A DNA stretch of 63,974 nt, filler included, from an uncultured Myxococcia bacterium (GTDB lineage: Bacteria > CAZTWC01): assembly GCA_964617105.1 (NCBI GenBank). It is 7 parts of 7 records of this genome, joined end to end, with 100 filler letters (N's around TTAATTAATTAA, not from the genome) between each part and the next. Parts side by side here need not be neighbours in the genome. Positions count along the whole stretch, not along the records: positions 56,220 to 63,974 come from CAZTWC010000173.1; 6 more parts are not named here. One strand, written 5' to 3'. Below the pieces are notes generated by a model. It was not told where the DNA came from and ran no database searches. It saw nothing but the letters and a program-made list of their open reading frames with translations. Below are positions 61,007 through 63,974 of this stretch, in pieces (the stretch's first letter is position 1; every line of letters begins with the position of its first letter). The position numbers and the translations under genes were made by a program.

Positions 61007-62163
61007 CTACCGCCCCTTATTGGAAAATCGATTTGCTCTATTCCATTTCTGCCGGTTTATCCGAGTGAGGCTGGTCCGAGTGGCAAGATTTACCCCGGAT
61101 TGGCAACAACAGGATTTCTCCTTGGGGGCAAAAATCCTGGCGATGAGTTTCTCTTTAATAATGAAATAGAACAATAGAGCCAATAATACCAGGCCAGATA
61201 AAATCTTCAAAACCGATAATTCTTGCCAATGGGGAGAATGGGCATTGAGAGAGATTATTAAATCGGCCGGTAAAATAATATCCGCCATTGTCCCAAACCC
61301 TAACGCACCAGCGAATATCAACAACAGGTAAACCCAAAGCGCTTTAACGCCCAGGATACTTTTAACCGTGGTAATAGCCACAGTATTGGTGGCCGGTCCA
61401 GCTATCAAGAAAGCCAAGGCGGCGCCCGGAGAAAAGCCNNNNNNNNNNNNNNGGGAATAGATCCGGTGGCACATACATAAAGAGGTATCGCTACTATTAC
61501 CGATACTACCAAACCCCAAAAACCGGCACCCAGATACTTTCCCACCAGGTCGGGGGGCAAAAGAGCGGCTATTACTCCGCCTAATAAAAGACCGATTAGT
61601 ATAGAACCGGCAATAGAGGCTGGCAATTCCACCAAACCATAAAGAAAAACTTGTTTTATTTTCTGGCCAAAAGTGGCGGCGCTAGAATTTGTTTGAAAAT
61701 TGGCAGAAATGACCTCCTGATTGTCCGGAAGGTTATCAGTTGGGCTTATCTGGTTTATTATTACCATGACCAGGCCGGTAAACAGACCAATAATCAAAGA
61801 CACCACCAACCGTAGGATGGTAAAAACGCCTCCCATCAAGGCCCAGGTTGCCATTAAAGAATCCACTCCAGTAACCGGCGTGGTGATCAAAAAAGATAGG
61901 GATGGGGCTGTGCCTGAACCAGCCTTTCGGAGTGAAACTGCCACTGGTAAAACTCCGCAGGAGCACAGCGGCAGAGGTATTCCGAGCAAAGATGCCTTAA
62001 AAACAGCCTTAACAGAGTTGCCCCCTAAATGTTTTACCACCCAGGAAACCGGCACGAAAATGTGCAAAAAACCGGCCACTAAAAAGCCTAATAGCAGGTA
62101 TGGAGCCATCTCGGCAGTTAGTATCCAGGCTTGAATAAAAATAGATTGAAAGATCTGAACCAT
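61007..62163 (-). CDS. DUF318/SO_0444-type metal permease (split by N gap)
   Basis: 'GIPLPLCSCGVLP', 'PLYVCATGSIP', 'FLIAGPATN'. The frame change coincides with the N gap at 61439-61452. Confidence 0.88.
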
Positions 62164-62327
62164 GAACCTATACTATCTTATTAGAGCCAGAATGTCAATT
62201 TGTTAATTTACCCTCACCCTTGACAATCTGTGTAAAAATATTAAAATGAATCTGATAACCTATTTGAGGTTAAAACTCATATTATTTTCTTTCCATTCGA
62301 CAACACAGTTCTAGAGGGGGATTTGTG

Positions 62328-62987
62328 ATGAAGAAGAGTTCATATCTGGCGCTATTAACTTGTCTAACTATTATTTTCTCCAGCCTGCTCTCCTATGGTG
62401 ACGACATGGGGGTTACATCAAAGGAGTTAGAACTTTACCGCCTGTTTATTAACGGCACTGAAGCTAATCCAAAAAAGTTTGCTAATCTCAATCTGGCCAA
62501 AAAAATTAAAACTGCAGCCAGGTTGATGAAAGTAAAATTAAGTAAACTTAAGGCTGCCTACCATAAGGTTCATCCGGTATTTGACCAACTGGCCAACAGC
62601 ATTGGCAACGATATAAAAAACGAACTCGAATCCTACAATATCCGAAGCCGTTTTGGCTTAATCAGCCTCAAAGGCCGGGTGGATCAAGTAGATATCGATC
62701 TTTCTTCCCACAAGGTGGTAGCCTTTGTTAAGTGGAAAAATCAGGACCGCCGCTTCTTGCAAGAGGAGGCCTGTATGGTGGCTCATGCAGTCAAGGAGAA
62801 AACCAAACTGGTTTGGACTCTGGCGCTTTTGGCAAATGACAAAACTAAAGGCACCAAACAGTTCACCGCCAAAATATCCACCGAATCTATGAATAGAATT
62901 AAAAAATTACGCATTCCCATGATGGCTGACCGAAAATATATAAATCTCTTTGAAAATAAATGGTTCCTATACAAACCCACCCGCTGA
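62328..62987 (+). CDS. Hypothetical exported protein
   Basis: Signal peptide, GAGG RBS, upstream TTGACA-N16-TAAAAT. Confidence 0.65.
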   Translation: MKKSSYLALLTCLTIIFSSLLSYGDDMGVTSKELELYRLFINGTEANPKKFANLNLAKKIKTAARLMKVKLSKLKAAYHKVHPVFDQLANSIGNDIKNELESYNIRSRFGLISLKGRVDQVDIDLSSHKVVAFVKWKNQDRRFLQEEACMVAHAVKEKTKLVWTLALLANDKTKGTKQFTAKISTESMNRIKKLRIPMMADRKYINLFENKWFLYKPTR

Positions 62988-63974
62988 CCGGAAAATCCCC
63001 GGCCATTATCTATAAAAACCTGGAAAACGGTTTTAAAGCCTTTGTTCTGGCCAGGAGGATTATAGATTCCGGGAAAAAAATATTGGCCGTATGTGCCAAT
63101 GAAGACACTGCTGCCAAACTTTCCCGGGATCTGAAATTTTTTCTTGGACATCCGGAGCAGGTAATTGAATTCAATGCCTCTCCCCACATCCCTTATGACC
63201 ATCTCTCACCTTCTCATCTGTCGGAAACCAACCTGCTTCAAAAGATGTTCCACCTTCGGGAGAGTTTTGATTATAAAGCTATTACCTGCTCATTGGGCAG
63301 TTTACTGCAACGCTGGGTCCCCATAGAGTTATTAGACAAATACAGCCTGAATTTAAAGGCTGATCAGGAGGTTAATCGGCCCAAACTACTGGAACACTTT
63401 GCTCTCACTGGTTTTCGTAAAACAGAATTGGTAGAGGATCCGGGTTGTTTTGCGGTTCGGGGATTTATCCTGGATATCTATTCTCCAAACTATAGACTAC
63501 CGTTGCGACTGGAGTTTTTTGATGAATTTCTGGATAGTATCAAGTTCTTTGATCCTCAGAGCCAGAGAACTTTTGGAACCAGCCTGAAAGAGGTGAAAAT
63601 AATACCGGCCCGACAAATTATTTTCGACAAGGAAACTCTATCTTCTTTCAGAGAAAAGATTTTGCCCCTGGCTGACCAGGAACACTATCCCAGCCATAAA
63701 ACCGCGGCCTTGCTGGAACAATTGTCATCCCACCTCTATTTTATTGGCCTGGAGCGATATTTACCTGCCTTTTACCCCCAAATGAAATCTCTTCTCCATT
63801 ATCTACCCAGCCAGGAGACAGAAATTTTTCTGGATGACCCGGAAACTTTAGGCGCGGAATATGAGAAATTCAGCCAACGGCTGAAGAAAAAATACCAGGG
63901 GTGCAGAGAACTTAGTTATGGACCAGAATCCTATTTTATGACCATGGAGGAAGTGGAAGATCTTATGGCTCCTT
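62960..63974 (+). CDS. mfd: Transcription-repair coupling factor, N-terminal part (runs off window)
   Basis: Manual translation gives 'PYDHLSP', 'VEDPGCFAVRGFILDIYSP…PLRLEFFDEFLDSIKFFDPQSQRT'. Not in the ORF track because there is no stop in the window. Confidence 0.9.
   Translation, partial: MVPIQTHPLTGKSPAIIYKNLENGFKAFVLARRIIDSGKKILAVCANEDTAAKLSRDLKFFLGHPEQVIEFNASPHIPYDHLSPSHLSETNLLQKMFHLRESFDYKAITCSLGSLLQRWVPIELLDKYSLNLKADQEVNRPKLLEHFALTGFRKTELVEDPGCFAVRGFILDIYSPNYRLPLRLEFFDEFLDSIKFFDPQSQRTFGTSLKEVKIIPARQIIFDKETLSSFREKILPLADQEHYPSHKTAALLEQLSSHLYFIGLERYLPAFYPQMKSLLHYLPSQETEIFLDDPETLGAEYEKFSQRLKKKYQGCRELSYGPESYFMTMEEVEDLMAP

Noticed and set aside
61405-61519. Apparent frameshift or split of the permease
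   Set aside because: It coincides with an N gap of estimated length, so it is a scaffolding artefact.
1-63974. CRISPR array or cas genes to accompany the Csx30-like protein
   Set aside because: No regularly spaced repeats or cas genes were seen by eye in this window.

Overview
The window is not one continuous locus. It consists of seven ~9.2-9.3 kb contigs, the five complete ones in non-increasing length order, joined by 100-nt N/TTAATTAATTAA spacers, so it looks like a metagenome bin. The gene content suggests an anaerobic deltaproteobacterium-like organism (Myxococcota/Desulfobacterota-like). Most contigs carry housekeeping genes: fliK/flgD, ileS-lspA, fba, purF, EPS genes (wecA-like, wzc, uppP, manC, PMM), coaBC, udg, lon, dsrMKJOP, pepF, mutM, desulfoferrodoxin, tRNA-Met, nadD and mfd. 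Contig 2 (9432-18754) is almost entirely uncharacterised and co-oriented. It holds an M23 peptidase, a divergent ExbB/MotA-like plus ExbD/MotB-like ion-motor pair, four orphan exported or membrane proteins, an ECF-like sigma factor coupled to a soluble putative anti-sigma (possibly Csx30-like, unverified), a membrane protein, and a 744-aa RNase H-fold (DUF3800-like) plus helical-repeat protein. This is the best candidate for an undescribed envelope-sensing or defence system. Other signals are a MITE-like element whose ends resemble a perfect palindrome upstream of ileS, a GC-rich pseudoknot-like element, several apparently leaderless envelope genes, and two internal gene deletions (wzc and a hybrid kinase).
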